In this document: piece by piece, positions 38,719-48,803 of the stretch
Layout of the letters: every line of letters begins with the position of its first letter
Numbering within the stretch: the stretch's first letter is position 1
Assembly: GCA_023391415.1 (NCBI GenBank)
Contig: JAEWAY010000010.1
Location: forward strand, 8,363-72,362
Direction: 5' to 3'
From: Bacteroidota bacterium
GTDB lineage: Bacteria; Bacteroidota; Bacteroidia; Cytophagales; Cytophagaceae
Length of the DNA: 64,000 nt
Made by a program: the position numbers and the translations under genes
The notes under the pieces: model-generated
The model's database searches: none
The model's input: the letters and a program-made list of their open reading frames with translations, nothing else
What the model was told of the DNA's origin: nothing

Positions 38719-38735
38719 GTTGCGATTCGCTTTCA
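38719..38735 (+). repeat. orphan degenerate CRISPR repeat 5-prime fragment
   Basis: GTTGCGATTCGCTTTCA matches repeat nt 1-17 at 15 of 17 positions. It lies about 960 bp beyond the last intact repeat of array 2. Confidence 0.45.
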
Positions 38736-38948
38736 CACCGCGAGAATATAGTATTTTCCATAAAAATCGGCAACGGATAGCGGAGTGATCTTTTCTCTAT
38801 ACAAGCGCTTTCACAGCAGTCATTTTGTATGATGTTTTTGATTTCCCGCGTCGATTACGCGCTAAATCCATTATCTGAAGAAACGGAGCCGCTGTCAATA
38901 TGCTACGCGTATAGCAAAATTTATTAGTTTCGCGGAAAAGATTGGGTT

Positions 38949-39158
38949 ATGATTACGATAAAAAGAGATACAATCATCAAGGTAGGCGATACTCTGATAG
39001 ATACTGAAAACAATCAAAACTGGAAAGTAACAAAAATCGACGGATATCATTTTCATCTTATCAATGAAAAAGGCGCGGAAAAGGTATTGACCAAATTTGA
39101 CCTGATGATCATACCAGGCCTGCGGTTTCAACCGGCAGACGATCGCGGATACTATTAA
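38949..39158 (+). CDS. hypothetical small protein
   Basis: 69-aa ORF with a protein-like composition. It is preferred over the overlapping antisense 97-aa ORF. Confidence 0.35.
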   Translation: MITIKRDTIIKVGDTLIDTENNQNWKVTKIDGYHFHLINEKGAEKVLTKFDLMIIPGLRFQPADDRGYY

Positions 39159-39195
39159 CGATCGCTCTACGCCTGCCGGCCGCGACACCTAGCTT

Positions 39196-39477
39196 TTATG
39201 AATAAGGCGGCTTGTCGATGCTAGGCTTATCCGTATTGCGATTGGGGTGTCGTATCGCCACATTTTCGGCCGGATCGTCGGGAGCGTTCATAAACTCTTC
39301 CCTGATCTCATCCGCCAGCTCCTGATTGTCCAGATTAAGGGGCTGGGTCGAACCCTTAATATCCATACTTTCAAACTTATCGTTATTAAACCTTTTATCC
39401 CTATAGTCCATCATCACACTGTTTAATTTTTCCTTTATATTTAAAACAATCATTCGGAAAATATAGTTGGCGATCAA
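39196..39477 (-). CDS. hypothetical small protein
   Basis: Acidic, Pro-rich ORF. The true start may be the internal MMDYRDK near 39414. Confidence 0.4.
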   Translation of the reverse strand: MIANYIFRMIVLNIKEKLNSVMMDYRDKRFNNDKFESMDIKGSTQPLNLDNQELADEIREEFMNAPDDPAENVAIRHPNRNTDKPSIDKPPYS

Positions 39478-39566
39478 GACTTTTTATGCTCCTGTACCAA
39501 CGGATGAAGCGATAAAAGTCGCCCGGAACCAACGTACACCAACATTTTAAATCAGATTTATCTCAT

Positions 39567-40481
39567 ATGCCAGCATCGACGATCAAAACCATCTTTGAAT
39601 TGCTCAAGACCATATTCAGAGAATTTCAGCGCGACAACGTCATCGCCTTGAGCGCGTCCATCGCCTTTTATACCATATTTTCGCTGCCTGGCATGCTTAT
39701 CCTTATTATCCGGGTCACGGGTCTCTTTATAGAAGAAGAAATGATCAAAGGGACCCTCGCCAAACAGATTGGTGAAGTAGCGGGTGAAAGCGCGGCCCGG
39801 GAAGTACAAAAGATCATTGAAAACGCCGACCTCGCCCACACCACTCCTCTTATGACTGTGGTAGGTCTGTCCATACTGGCTTTTAGCGCCAGCTCCGTAT
39901 TTACCATTATTCAATCCTCACTCAATACCATCTGGGGGGTGCGCCCCAAGCCCAAAAAGGGCATACTCAAGCTGGTCAAAAACCGGATATTGTCCTTTCT
40001 GATGGTGCTATTTCTCGGCATGCTGGTACTCCTGTCAATCTTTATCGACCTGTTCATGACCGTATTCCGCGATATGCTGGTATTGATCCTGCCTGGCGCG
40101 TTGAGCACGATCGTACCCCTGATGTCCGCCATCATATCCTTTCTGATCCTGGCGATCGCCTTCGCTTTCATCTTTAAAGTACTACCCGATGTACGCGTAC
40201 CATGGAAAGATGTGGCGGTGGGAGCGCTTGTTACCACCCTGCTCTTTACGATAGGCAAATACCTGATCGGTATTTATCTGAGCACCAGTAATTTCAATAC
40301 TACTTACGGCGCGGCCGGATCGATAGTCCTTATTCTGATCTGGGTCAACTACTCAGCCATGATCATGCTGCTGGGGGTAGAATTTACCCAAGCCTACGCT
40401 CAGGCGATGGGTCATAAAGTGACCCCCTCGCCCAATACGGTCCAAATTGAGAGGAAAGAAATTGACGTCAACAATTCCTGA
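39567..40481 (+). CDS. YihY/BrkB family membrane protein
   Basis: Family-typical N-terminus (FREFQRDNVIALSASIAFYTIFSLPGML), six TM helices, and the YGAAGSIVLILIWVNYSA motif. Confidence 0.85.
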   Translation: MPASTIKTIFELLKTIFREFQRDNVIALSASIAFYTIFSLPGMLILIIRVTGLFIEEEMIKGTLAKQIGEVAGESAAREVQKIIENADLAHTTPLMTVVGLSILAFSASSVFTIIQSSLNTIWGVRPKPKKGILKLVKNRILSFLMVLFLGMLVLLSIFIDLFMTVFRDMLVLILPGALSTIVPLMSAIISFLILAIAFAFIFKVLPDVRVPWKDVAVGALVTTLLFTIGKYLIGIYLSTSNFNTTYGAAGSIVLILIWVNYSAMIMLLGVEFTQAYAQAMGHKVTPSPNTVQIERKEIDVNNS

Positions 40482-40657
40482 TGGCTGGCCATGAGCGCTG
40501 AGGCCATTAAGTCCGCGGATGTAAAATTTGCCGTATTTTCCCTATCATTCCTTTTTGATTACCCCGTTTTGTGCTTAACTTTGCGGAATTTTGAACATTT
40601 TATTCGATTCGCGATAGCGTCAAAAAAGGAATTTAGCCTAATACACAATACCTTACT

Positions 40658-43471
40658 ATGCCAAAAGATCAAAGTATAAAATCAGTATTAATTATCGGTA
40701 GCGGCCCGATCGTGATTGGTCAGGCCTGCGAGTTTGACTATTCGGGTTCTCAGGCAGCAAGGTCGTTGAGAGAAGAAGGAATCGAGGTCACGCTGATCAA
40801 CTCCAATCCGGCAACCATCATGACGGACGAAGTAACAGCGGATAATGTATATCTGAAACCTTTAGAGAAAAAATCGATTATCGAGATTCTTGAAAAGCAT
40901 CAGATTGACGCCGTACTTCCGACTATGGGTGGCCAAACCGCGCTCAATCTGGCTATCGAGTGCGACAAGGCCGGAATCTGGCAAAAATACGGAGTACGCA
41001 TCATCGGGGTGGATATCGACGCGATCGAGACTACGGAGGACCGTGAAAAGTTCCGGAAGCTAATGCTCGAACTAAACGTAACCGTATGTGAAGGCGAAAC
41101 CGCTACTTCGTTTCTGAAAGGGAAGGAAATCGCGCAGAAGATCGGTTTTCCGCTGGTGATCCGTCCTTCTTATACACTGGGCGGTTCGGGAGGAGGATTT
41201 GTCAACGATCCGTCTACCTTCGAAAAAGCGCTTTCCGCCGGCCTGCAAGCCTCTCCGATACACGAAGTATTGATCGAACAAAGTATTCTGGGCTGGAAGG
41301 AATACGAATTGGAATTACTCCGGGACAACAAAGGCAATGTCATTATCATTTGCTCCATCGAAAACTTTGATCCGATGGGAATACATACCGGCGACTCGAT
41401 CACGGTAGCTCCCGCCATGACGCTGCCCGACACCATCTATCAAAAGATGCGAAACCTCGCGATCAAAATGATGAACGGGATCGGACAGTTCGCTGGAGGA
41501 TGCAACGTACAGTTCGCCGTAAATCCTGACGACGACACCATCGTCGGTATTGAAATCAACCCCAGGGTATCCCGCTCCTCAGCGCTGGCGTCCAAAGCTA
41601 CGGGATATCCCATCGCCAAGATCGCCGCCAAACTAGCTATCGGCTATAACCTCGACGAACTCAAAAACGCGATCACCGGTACTACCAGCGCTTTTTTCGA
41701 ACCCGCGCTGGACTACGTAATCGTAAAAATACCACGCTGGAACTTCGACAAGTTTAAAGGTACCAACCGCGAACTTGGGCTTTCAATGAAATCGGTAGGT
41801 GAAGTCATGGGTATAGGACGCAATTTTCAGGAAGCCTTGCAAAAAGCCTGTCAGTCACTGGAAATCAAACGCAATGGCCTGGGCGCCGATGGCAAAGAAT
41901 TGCAAAGACAGGACCAAATCCTCGAAAGTCTGGAAAAACCAAGCTGGAATCGTCTGTTCCACATCAAGGACGCCTTTACGATGGGTATTCCTTTCAAGAC
42001 CATCCGCAAAATCACCCAGATCGACCCGTGGTTCCTCCACCAGATTGAAGACCTGCATCTGTTTGACAAAGAAATTCAAAAACATACTCTTGACACCATA
42101 CCGGAGAGCCTGATGCGCTCCGCCAAGCAAAAAGGCTACGCCGACCGTCAGATCGCCCATCTACTACGTTGCCTGGAAAGCGAGGTATTCAATAAACGCC
42201 GGGAAATGGGCATAAACCGCGTGTACAAACTGGTAGATACCTGCGCCGCCGAATTCGAGGCCAAAACACCCTACTACTACTCCACCTTCGAAGGCGAAAA
42301 CGAATCCATTTCCTCCAACCGCAAGAAAATAATAGTTCTTGGTTCCGGTCCCAACCGTATCGGCCAGGGCATAGAGTTTGACTACTCCTGCGTACACGGT
42401 GTGCTAGCCGCCAAAGAATGCGGATACGAAACCATCATGATCAACTGCAACCCCGAAACGGTATCAACCGACTTCGACATCGCGGACAAACTATATTTCG
42501 AACCAGTATTCTGGGAGCATATCTACGATATTATTCTTCATGAAAAACCTGAAGGCGTAATCGTTCAGCTCGGCGGACAGACAGCGCTTAAGCTTGCCGA
42601 GAAACTTGAGAAATACGGTATCAGGATCATGGGAACCTCCTTTAAGGCGCTCGATCTTGCCGAAGACCGCGGTAGTTTCTCTACCCTACTCAAGGAAAAC
42701 AATATTCCATATCCGAGATTCGGTGTGATCACCTCCGCCGAAGAGGCGATCGAACTGTCCAAAGAGCTTGACTATCCGCTATTAGTAAGACCTTCCTACG
42801 TACTGGGCGGTCAGAGCATGAAAATCGTCATCAATGAAGACGAGCTGGAACAGCATGTAGTAGACTTGCTCAAGGATCATCCTGACAACCGGGTCTTGCT
42901 CGATCATTTCCTCGAAAACGCGATCGAAGCGGAAGCCGACGCGATCTGCGATGGCGAAGAGGCTTACATCATCGGTATCATGGAACATATAGAGCCCGCG
43001 GGTATTCACTCCGGAGACTCTTACGCGGTATTGCCCCCATTTTACCTGACTGAAAACGTGATGCGTCAGATCGAAGAGTATACCAAAAGGATAGCGATAG
43101 CGCTCAACACCGTTGGTCTGATCAATATACAATTCGCTATAAAGGACGAAAAGGTCTATATCATCGAAGCGAACCCGAGAGCGTCGCGTACCGTACCGTT
43201 TATCTGTAAAGCGTATAAGGAACCTTATGTCAACTACGCGACCAAAGTGATGCTGGGTGAGAAAAAAGTCCGCGACTTCAATTTCAACCCGTACAAAAAG
43301 GGTTTCGCGATAAAAATACCAGTATTCTCTTTTCATAAATTCCCTGATATCAAAAAGGAACTTGGCCCGGAAATGAAATCTACCGGCGAAGCCATTTACT
43401 TTATCGACGACCTGAAAGACGATTTCTTTATAAAAGTCTACGCGGAAAGGAACTTATATCTGAGTAAATAG
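40658..43471 (+). CDS. carB: carbamoyl-phosphate synthase large subunit
   Basis: Duplicated ATP-grasp halves (IGSGPIVIGQACEFDYSGSQA and LGSGPNRIGQGIEFDYSCVH). Confidence 0.95.
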   Translation: MPKDQSIKSVLIIGSGPIVIGQACEFDYSGSQAARSLREEGIEVTLINSNPATIMTDEVTADNVYLKPLEKKSIIEILEKHQIDAVLPTMGGQTALNLAIECDKAGIWQKYGVRIIGVDIDAIETTEDREKFRKLMLELNVTVCEGETATSFLKGKEIAQKIGFPLVIRPSYTLGGSGGGFVNDPSTFEKALSAGLQASPIHEVLIEQSILGWKEYELELLRDNKGNVIIICSIENFDPMGIHTGDSITVAPAMTLPDTIYQKMRNLAIKMMNGIGQFAGGCNVQFAVNPDDDTIVGIEINPRVSRSSALASKATGYPIAKIAAKLAIGYNLDELKNAITGTTSAFFEPALDYVIVKIPRWNFDKFKGTNRELGLSMKSVGEVMGIGRNFQEALQKACQSLEIKRNGLGADGKELQRQDQILESLEKPSWNRLFHIKDAFTMGIPFKTIRKITQIDPWFLHQIEDLHLFDKEIQKHTLDTIPESLMRSAKQKGYADRQIAHLLRCLESEVFNKRREMGINRVYKLVDTCAAEFEAKTPYYYSTFEGENESISSNRKKIIVLGSGPNRIGQGIEFDYSCVHGVLAAKECGYETIMINCNPETVSTDFDIADKLYFEPVFWEHIYDIILHEKPEGVIVQLGGQTALKLAEKLEKYGIRIMGTSFKALDLAEDRGSFSTLLKENNIPYPRFGVITSAEEAIELSKELDYPLLVRPSYVLGGQSMKIVINEDELEQHVVDLLKDHPDNRVLLDHFLENAIEAEADAICDGEEAYIIGIMEHIEPAGIHSGDSYAVLPPFYLTENVMRQIEEYTKRIAIALNTVGLINIQFAIKDEKVYIIEANPRASRTVPFICKAYKEPYVNYATKVMLGEKKVRDFNFNPYKKGFAIKIPVFSFHKFPDIKKELGPEMKSTGEAIYFIDDLKDDFFIKVYAERNLYLSK

Positions 43472-43485
43472 TTTATTTAGTCATA

Positions 43486-43764
43486 ATGGGAGGTCTTTTA
43501 AAACTTATACTATTCTGTTTTTGCGTCTATCTGCTTCTAAAGTGGCTTTTTAAGCCATTGATTCAGTATTTTCTAAAAAAAGCGGTCAACGACTTCGTAA
43601 AAAAGAATGGCGGCCAGTTTGAAGCCCGCTACCAATACCAGGCCGGACGCGAGTCCGGCAGGCGTGAAGGTAGTATTAATGTCGACTATGTGCCTCCAAA
43701 AAAGAATGAGTCCAAAATATCCGACAATGAAGGCGAATATGTGGACTATGTCGAAGTAAAATAA
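43486..43764 (+). CDS. DUF4834-like small membrane protein
   Basis: N-terminal TM helix, then a charged tail ending GEYVDYVEVK, typical of this Bacteroidota family. Confidence 0.6.
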   Translation: MGGLLKLILFCFCVYLLLKWLFKPLIQYFLKKAVNDFVKKNGGQFEARYQYQAGRESGRREGSINVDYVPPKKNESKISDNEGEYVDYVEVK

Positions 43765-44041
43765 GCAACGACAATATTTATCAATCCGCGCGAACGCCTG
43801 ATATATGGGCTTTCGCGCGGACTTGGTTTACAGCCACTACCTCTCAATGACTTCATCCTGAATCCGAAAGAAAAGTATCTAGACCCACCCAAAAACGACA
43901 TGCCCCGCGACGCTCCATCAGAATCCCATACAGTCCGGGCTAAACATTGAGAGTGTTTGCAGGTTTTGTTTTTTTAAATATCTTTGGTCTGATTTCTTTA
44001 CTGAAAAGAGGTTTTCAGTACTGTATCAAAAAGTAAAAAAT

Positions 44042-45097
44042 ATGTCATATAACCATATTTTCGAACTTTTAGGCGATAACGCGGAGTATCTGCTTAAACA
44101 CGAATGTAGTACTATTTCGAAAACCGACATCCGACAGCCAGGTCCGGCATATGTAGACGAGAGCTTCTCGCTTTCCGATCGAAACAACAGGGTACTGAGG
44201 AGCCTTGATACCTTGTTTGGACACGGACGACTCGCCGGTACCGGCTACGTGTCGATCCTCCCGGTGGATCAGGATATCGAGCATACCGCCGGCGCCAGTT
44301 TCGCGCCGAACCCGATCTACTTCGATCCTGAAAACATCATCCGGCTGGGTATCGAGGGTGGCAGCAGCGCCATCGCCAGCACATTTGGCATACTCGCGCT
44401 GCACTCCAGAAAATACGCCCACAAAATACCCTTTATCGTCAAGATAAATCATAACGAACTTCTCACTTATCCCAACAAATACGACCAGATCATGTTCGGC
44501 TCCGTAAAAGAAGCCTGGAACATGGGCGCGGTAGCGGTAGGCGCCACGATCTATTTTGGCTCCCAAGAGTCGAATCGCCAGATCCAGGAAGTAGCCGAGG
44601 CGTTTGAACTGGCGCACGAACTGGGCATGGCTACCGTGCTATGGTGCTATACCCGCAACGACGCTTTCAAGAAAGACGGAGTAAACTATCATAACGCTAC
44701 GGATCTGAGCAGTCAGGCTACCCATATCGGCGTCACGCTACGGGCGGACCTGATTAAACAAAAACTGCCGGAAAACAATGGCGCGTTCAAAGCCCTCAAT
44801 TTCGGCAAATACGACGACCGGATGTATACCGAGTTATCGTCCGACCATCCGATCGACCTTACCCGATACATGGTAGCCAACTGCTATATGGGCAAAATCG
44901 GCCTGATCAACTCGGGAGGCGAATCGGGCGAATCGGACTTGACCGACGCGGTAAAAACAGCCGTAATCAACAAAAGAGCCGGTGGCATAGGGTTGATTCT
45001 TGGAAGAAAAGCCTTTCAGCGTCCTATGTCCGAAGGTGTCAAATTGCTTCACAACGTACAGGACGTGTATCTCTCCGAAGGAGTCACGCTGGCGTAA
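44042..45097 (+). CDS. fbaB: class I fructose-bisphosphate aldolase (FbaB/DhnA type)
   Basis: Near-collinear with E. coli FbaB as I recall it ([55 protein letters not shown]). Confidence 0.9.
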   Translation: MSYNHIFELLGDNAEYLLKHECSTISKTDIRQPGPAYVDESFSLSDRNNRVLRSLDTLFGHGRLAGTGYVSILPVDQDIEHTAGASFAPNPIYFDPENIIRLGIEGGSSAIASTFGILALHSRKYAHKIPFIVKINHNELLTYPNKYDQIMFGSVKEAWNMGAVAVGATIYFGSQESNRQIQEVAEAFELAHELGMATVLWCYTRNDAFKKDGVNYHNATDLSSQATHIGVTLRADLIKQKLPENNGAFKALNFGKYDDRMYTELSSDHPIDLTRYMVANCYMGKIGLINSGGESGESDLTDAVKTAVINKRAGGIGLILGRKAFQRPMSEGVKLLHNVQDVYLSEGVTLA

Positions 45098-45150
45098 AAC
45101 ATACTGTTTTCAAAAAGATCGACTTAAACGCATTATTTTAAATACAAGGC

Positions 45151-45999
45151 ATGACTTGGTTTCAACGTAAAGAAAAAGGTATCATCACACCGACCGAGCT
45201 AAAGAAGGAAGTTCCGGACGGCTTATGGCATCAATGCCAGGAATGTAAAGCTGTCTTCCTGACAAGTGAACTGGTGGAAAACGCGTATACGTGTACTCAA
45301 TGTAATTACCATACCCGCGTAGGGTCAGCTGAATATTTTGAGATACTGTTTGACAACAACGAGTTTACAGAATTGGACAAGGGCATGATTTCCGGAAATC
45401 CGCTGGATTTTGAAGATTCTCAACCTTATCCCGACCGGGTCAAGGCGAGCCGTAAAAAAACGGGGCTTAACGACGCGGTTCGCACAGCATATGGCCAGAT
45501 GAACGGATCGACCATCGTGATATCCTGCATGGATTTCAAATTTATCGGAGGTTCTATGGGATCAGTAGTGGGCGAAAAAATAGCGCGCGGTATCGATAAA
45601 GCGCGTGAACTGAAGGCGCCTTTTCTGATGATTTCCAAATCGGGTGGAGCCCGAATGATGGAAGCCGGGTTTTCATTGATGCAGATGGCTAAAACATCGG
45701 CCAAACTGGCGCTCCTGGACAAGGAAGGATTGCCTTATATATCCCTGATGACGGACCCGACCACGGGGGGGGTTACCGCTTCATTCGCCATGCTTGGCGA
45801 CTTTAATATCGCCGAGCCGGGCGCCCTCATCGGCTTTGCCGGACCAAGGGTAATCCGTGAAACCATCGGAAAAGACCTGCCTAAAGGTTTCCAAAGCGCG
45901 GAATTCTTGCTGGAGCACGGCTTTCTTGATTTTATCATTGATCGCAAAGAGCTAAAAAATCAACTGTCCAGTCTGCTTTCCATGCTAAAAAAAGGTTAA
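45151..45999 (+). CDS. accD: acetyl-CoA carboxylase carboxyltransferase beta subunit
   Basis: N-terminal Zn ribbon (CQECK...CTQCNYH) and the carboxyltransferase motif [13 protein letters not shown]. Confidence 0.95.
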   Translation: MTWFQRKEKGIITPTELKKEVPDGLWHQCQECKAVFLTSELVENAYTCTQCNYHTRVGSAEYFEILFDNNEFTELDKGMISGNPLDFEDSQPYPDRVKASRKKTGLNDAVRTAYGQMNGSTIVISCMDFKFIGGSMGSVVGEKIARGIDKARELKAPFLMISKSGGARMMEAGFSLMQMAKTSAKLALLDKEGLPYISLMTDPTTGGVTASFAMLGDFNIAEPGALIGFAGPRVIRETIGKDLPKGFQSAEFLLEHGFLDFIIDRKELKNQLSSLLSMLKKG

Positions 46000-46024
46000 A
46001 AAAGATATTGTTATAAAAATCAAC

Positions 46025-46075
46025 AGCCGAACGAAAGGCCATATCACGGCTTTAACTCGTTCGGCTATTTTTATT
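46025..46075 (+). terminator. terminator-like hairpin after accD
   Basis: AGCCGAACGA-(23 nt)-TCGTTCGGCT followed by a T-rich run. Confidence 0.5.
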
Positions 46076-46293
46076 CCCCTTCATAATAAACGATCTGTAG
46101 CCTCACTTTATTTTAATTAACCATTACCAGGTTGTTAACCATTCCGGTTCGGGGTAATGTACTTCTTTAGGTTGGAAACCCTCTCCCAGTCATACTTCTA
46201 TTTGGACTCTTTCGACGGTGTCTGCAGGCATAGCCCTACTTCATATACCGCTATCTCTCCAATTTCTTTTTTTCCGCAGCGATCGGTTCAGGC

Positions 46294-46325
46294 ATAAAAA
46301 AAAGCCCCGTTCGGGGCTTTTTTCT
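46294..46325 (-). terminator. bidirectional intrinsic terminator after class II fba
   Basis: A-tract, then GCCCCGTTCGGGGC, then a T-tract. Confidence 0.7.
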
Positions 46326-46345
46326 TTATAAATAGGACGTTATAA

Positions 46346-47437
46346 TTACAGCTTGGAACAAGCGTCGATACAGTTAAGATCTTCAAACGCGCCTTTTAGT
46401 CTGCTCACCATACTTTCTTCGCCTTTTCTCAACCATACTCTCGGATCGTAATGTTTTTTGTTGGGGCTGTCCGGACCATCAGGGTTACCGATTTGCCCTT
46501 GCAAATAACCTTCTTTCGCTTTGTAGTTTTTCAATACTCCTTCCCAGAACGCCCACTGCATATCGGTATCGATATTCATTTTGATGGCTCCGTAGCTAAT
46601 CGCTTCACGAATCTCTTCTCTGCTGGAACCGGAACCGCCATGGAATACAAAATCCAATGGTTTTTCGGCCGCGAGACCGAAACGCTCTCTTACGTATTCC
46701 TGCGAGTTTTTAAGAATTTTCGGCTCCAGTTTTACGCTGCCAGGATTGTATACACCATGTACATTTCCAAAAGCGGCCGCGATAGTAAAGCGATCGCTTA
46801 CTTTGCTCAATATCTCGTAAGCGTAGGCCACTTCTTCCGGCTGGGTATATAACCTTGATTTATCAACATCAGAGTTGTCAACACCGTCTTCCTCTCCACC
46901 TGTTACTCCGAGCTCGATCTCGATGGTCATACCCATCTTGTTCATACGCTCAAAATATTCTTTACTGATCGCCAGGTTTTCTTCGATAGATTCTTCGGAA
47001 AGATCGAGCATATGCGAAGAAAACAAAGGCTTGCCATTTACTTTGTAATAGGCTTCGCCCGCGCTCAGCAACCCGTCGATCCATGGAAGCAGATTTTTGG
47101 CGGCATGATCCGTATGAAGGATTACAGGCACTCCGTAAAACTCCGCCATCTGATGCACATGGTAAGCCGCGGAAACCGCTCCGGCGATCGCCGCGCGCTG
47201 GTTTTCATTTGAAATCGTTTTACCTGCATAAAATACTGATCCACCATTTGAAAGCTGAATGATCACAGGTGAATTAACGGCTTTCGCGCACTCAAGAACC
47301 GCGTTGATAGAGTTGGTTCCTATAACATTTACAGCTGGCAGGGCAAATTGATGCTTCTTAGCGGCTTCAAAGATTTCCTGAACCTTGTCTCCACTAATAA
47401 CTCCTTTTAGGGATGATTTATTTACGCTTTCAATCAT
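46346..47437 (-). CDS. fbaA: class II fructose-bisphosphate aldolase
   Basis: Long-form class IIA features (PAVNVIGTNSINAVLE, ILHTDHAAK, FVFHGGSGS). Confidence 0.95.
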   Translation of the reverse strand: MIESVNKSSLKGVISGDKVQEIFEAAKKHQFALPAVNVIGTNSINAVLECAKAVNSPVIIQLSNGGSVFYAGKTISNENQRAAIAGAVSAAYHVHQMAEFYGVPVILHTDHAAKNLLPWIDGLLSAGEAYYKVNGKPLFSSHMLDLSEESIEENLAISKEYFERMNKMGMTIEIELGVTGGEEDGVDNSDVDKSRLYTQPEEVAYAYEILSKVSDRFTIAAAFGNVHGVYNPGSVKLEPKILKNSQEYVRERFGLAAEKPLDFVFHGGSGSSREEIREAISYGAIKMNIDTDMQWAFWEGVLKNYKAKEGYLQGQIGNPDGPDSPNKKHYDPRVWLRKGEESMVSRLKGAFEDLNCIDACSKL

Positions 47438-47569
47438 AGGTGTAAAGTACTAATTATGTTTAAAGGGCTAAATATACATAAATAGACAGGATATTTGAAG
47501 AACAACACGGAAAATCCTTTTATTTCGCCCCCGCCAGCCTATCCCTCCCTGTTCGGACCAGACACTCGT

Positions 47570-48055
47570 TTACCGCCCTTTCGTATTGTCCCTTATACGC
47601 GTATCATATTCATCTCTCCGGTCTACCGCGACGAAGCGTCTCCTGTACCGATCACGCAAATCTCTTTCATCCTCCCTATTAAGACTGTAACCCTTGATAT
47701 CCTCATCGTCCTGGTATACAGTGATCAAATCCGCCAACCTATCGCCAAAACCCGGCAGATCCTCATATACAAAATGCCATATCGCGTGGGTATCCAGCTC
47801 CAGATAGTGATCCATTCCTCCGTATTGTAAGCCCTTGAGCACATCCCAGTCAAAATCTCCATGATTGTCCTTAAACTCATCGGTGAGCAGCGAAGCCGCT
47901 CCTCCTATCTGGGCTAACTGCGCGAAAACCGCCTCCTGCACTTGCTCCTGCCGGGCAAACTCAGTTTGATTGGAATATTCCGTATATCCCATAATCTCCC
48001 GGATGGAGTCCCGAATATCTATCAGTCTGATTATGTCCTCTTCCTTTATCGCCAT
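47570..48055 (-). CDS. DUF86/HepT-like HEPN-domain protein with a degenerate catalytic motif
   Basis: Layout matches HepT (DIRDSIREIMGYTE...QEAVFAQLAQIGGAA...DFDWDVLKGL...). The expected R-x4-6-H motif reads QYGGMDH instead. Start taken at MAIKEED. Confidence 0.55.
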   Translation of the reverse strand: MAIKEEDIIRLIDIRDSIREIMGYTEYSNQTEFARQEQVQEAVFAQLAQIGGAASLLTDEFKDNHGDFDWDVLKGLQYGGMDHYLELDTHAIWHFVYEDLPGFGDRLADLITVYQDDEDIKGYSLNREDERDLRDRYRRRFVAVDRRDEYDTRIRDNTKGR

Positions 48056-48227
48056 ACCCTCTTCCTTTACTCTAACTAATAAAATCGTCGTCTTAATAAA
48101 AAAACATTTATCAGCACCGGCAAAGTTCACTCTACATAAATCGCGCGTATAGATATCTCAAACGGCAAAAAAAAATGGCTGTCGTATGCAAACAGCCATC
48201 ACGAATCCGATTGGAAATTCTTAAGCT

Positions 48228-48665
48228 TCACGCTTCTTGTCTGAGCTGAGCTTTTACCCTAAAATCAACTCCTTTGAGCGCTTTGGCTACCGGACAGTTT
48301 TTTTTGACTTCATCCACGTGTTTCTGAAAAGTTGACAGATCCATACGCTCCACATCGGCGTCTACATTGACTTCGATCCGACTTATGGTAAATCCATCGC
48401 TCGATTTTTCGAGAAGCACCTTGTCGCTGGTATGTATTTTCCTGACCTTAAATCCATCGGCGCTCAGCGCGTTGGCCAGCGCCATGGAAAAGCAGGAAGC
48501 ATGGGCGGCAGCGATCAATTCTTCGGGATTGGAGCCATCACGGTCTTCAAAACGGGTAGCGAAGTTGTATGAGGCTTCCTTTACGACTCCACTCTCCAAT
48601 GAAAACATTCCCTCGCCATCTTTCAGATTTCCTTTCCAGACAGCATGCGCTTTTTTCTGAATCAT
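48228..48665 (-). CDS. osmC: OsmC family peroxiredoxin
   Basis: Collinear with E. coli OsmC (NPEELIAAAHASCFSMAL...CPVAKAL). Confidence 0.85.
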   Translation of the reverse strand: MIQKKAHAVWKGNLKDGEGMFSLESGVVKEASYNFATRFEDRDGSNPEELIAAAHASCFSMALANALSADGFKVRKIHTSDKVLLEKSSDGFTISRIEVNVDADVERMDLSTFQKHVDEVKKNCPVAKALKGVDFRVKAQLRQEA

Positions 48666-48803
48666 AAATATTCGGTTTAGTTAGATGAAAATTTGAAATA
48701 TGGTCCTATATTTAGACGTATTTCTGAAACAAGAACGGAACGGATTTTGTTTGAGAATACACAGGTTCTATAATTTTTAACACTACATTATTCCTAGATA
48801 ATT

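Noticed and set aside
38895-39188. 97-aa minus-strand ORF.
   Set aside because: It overlaps and is antisense to the more protein-like 69-aa plus ORF. Its sequence is hydrophobic and low-complexity with no motif.
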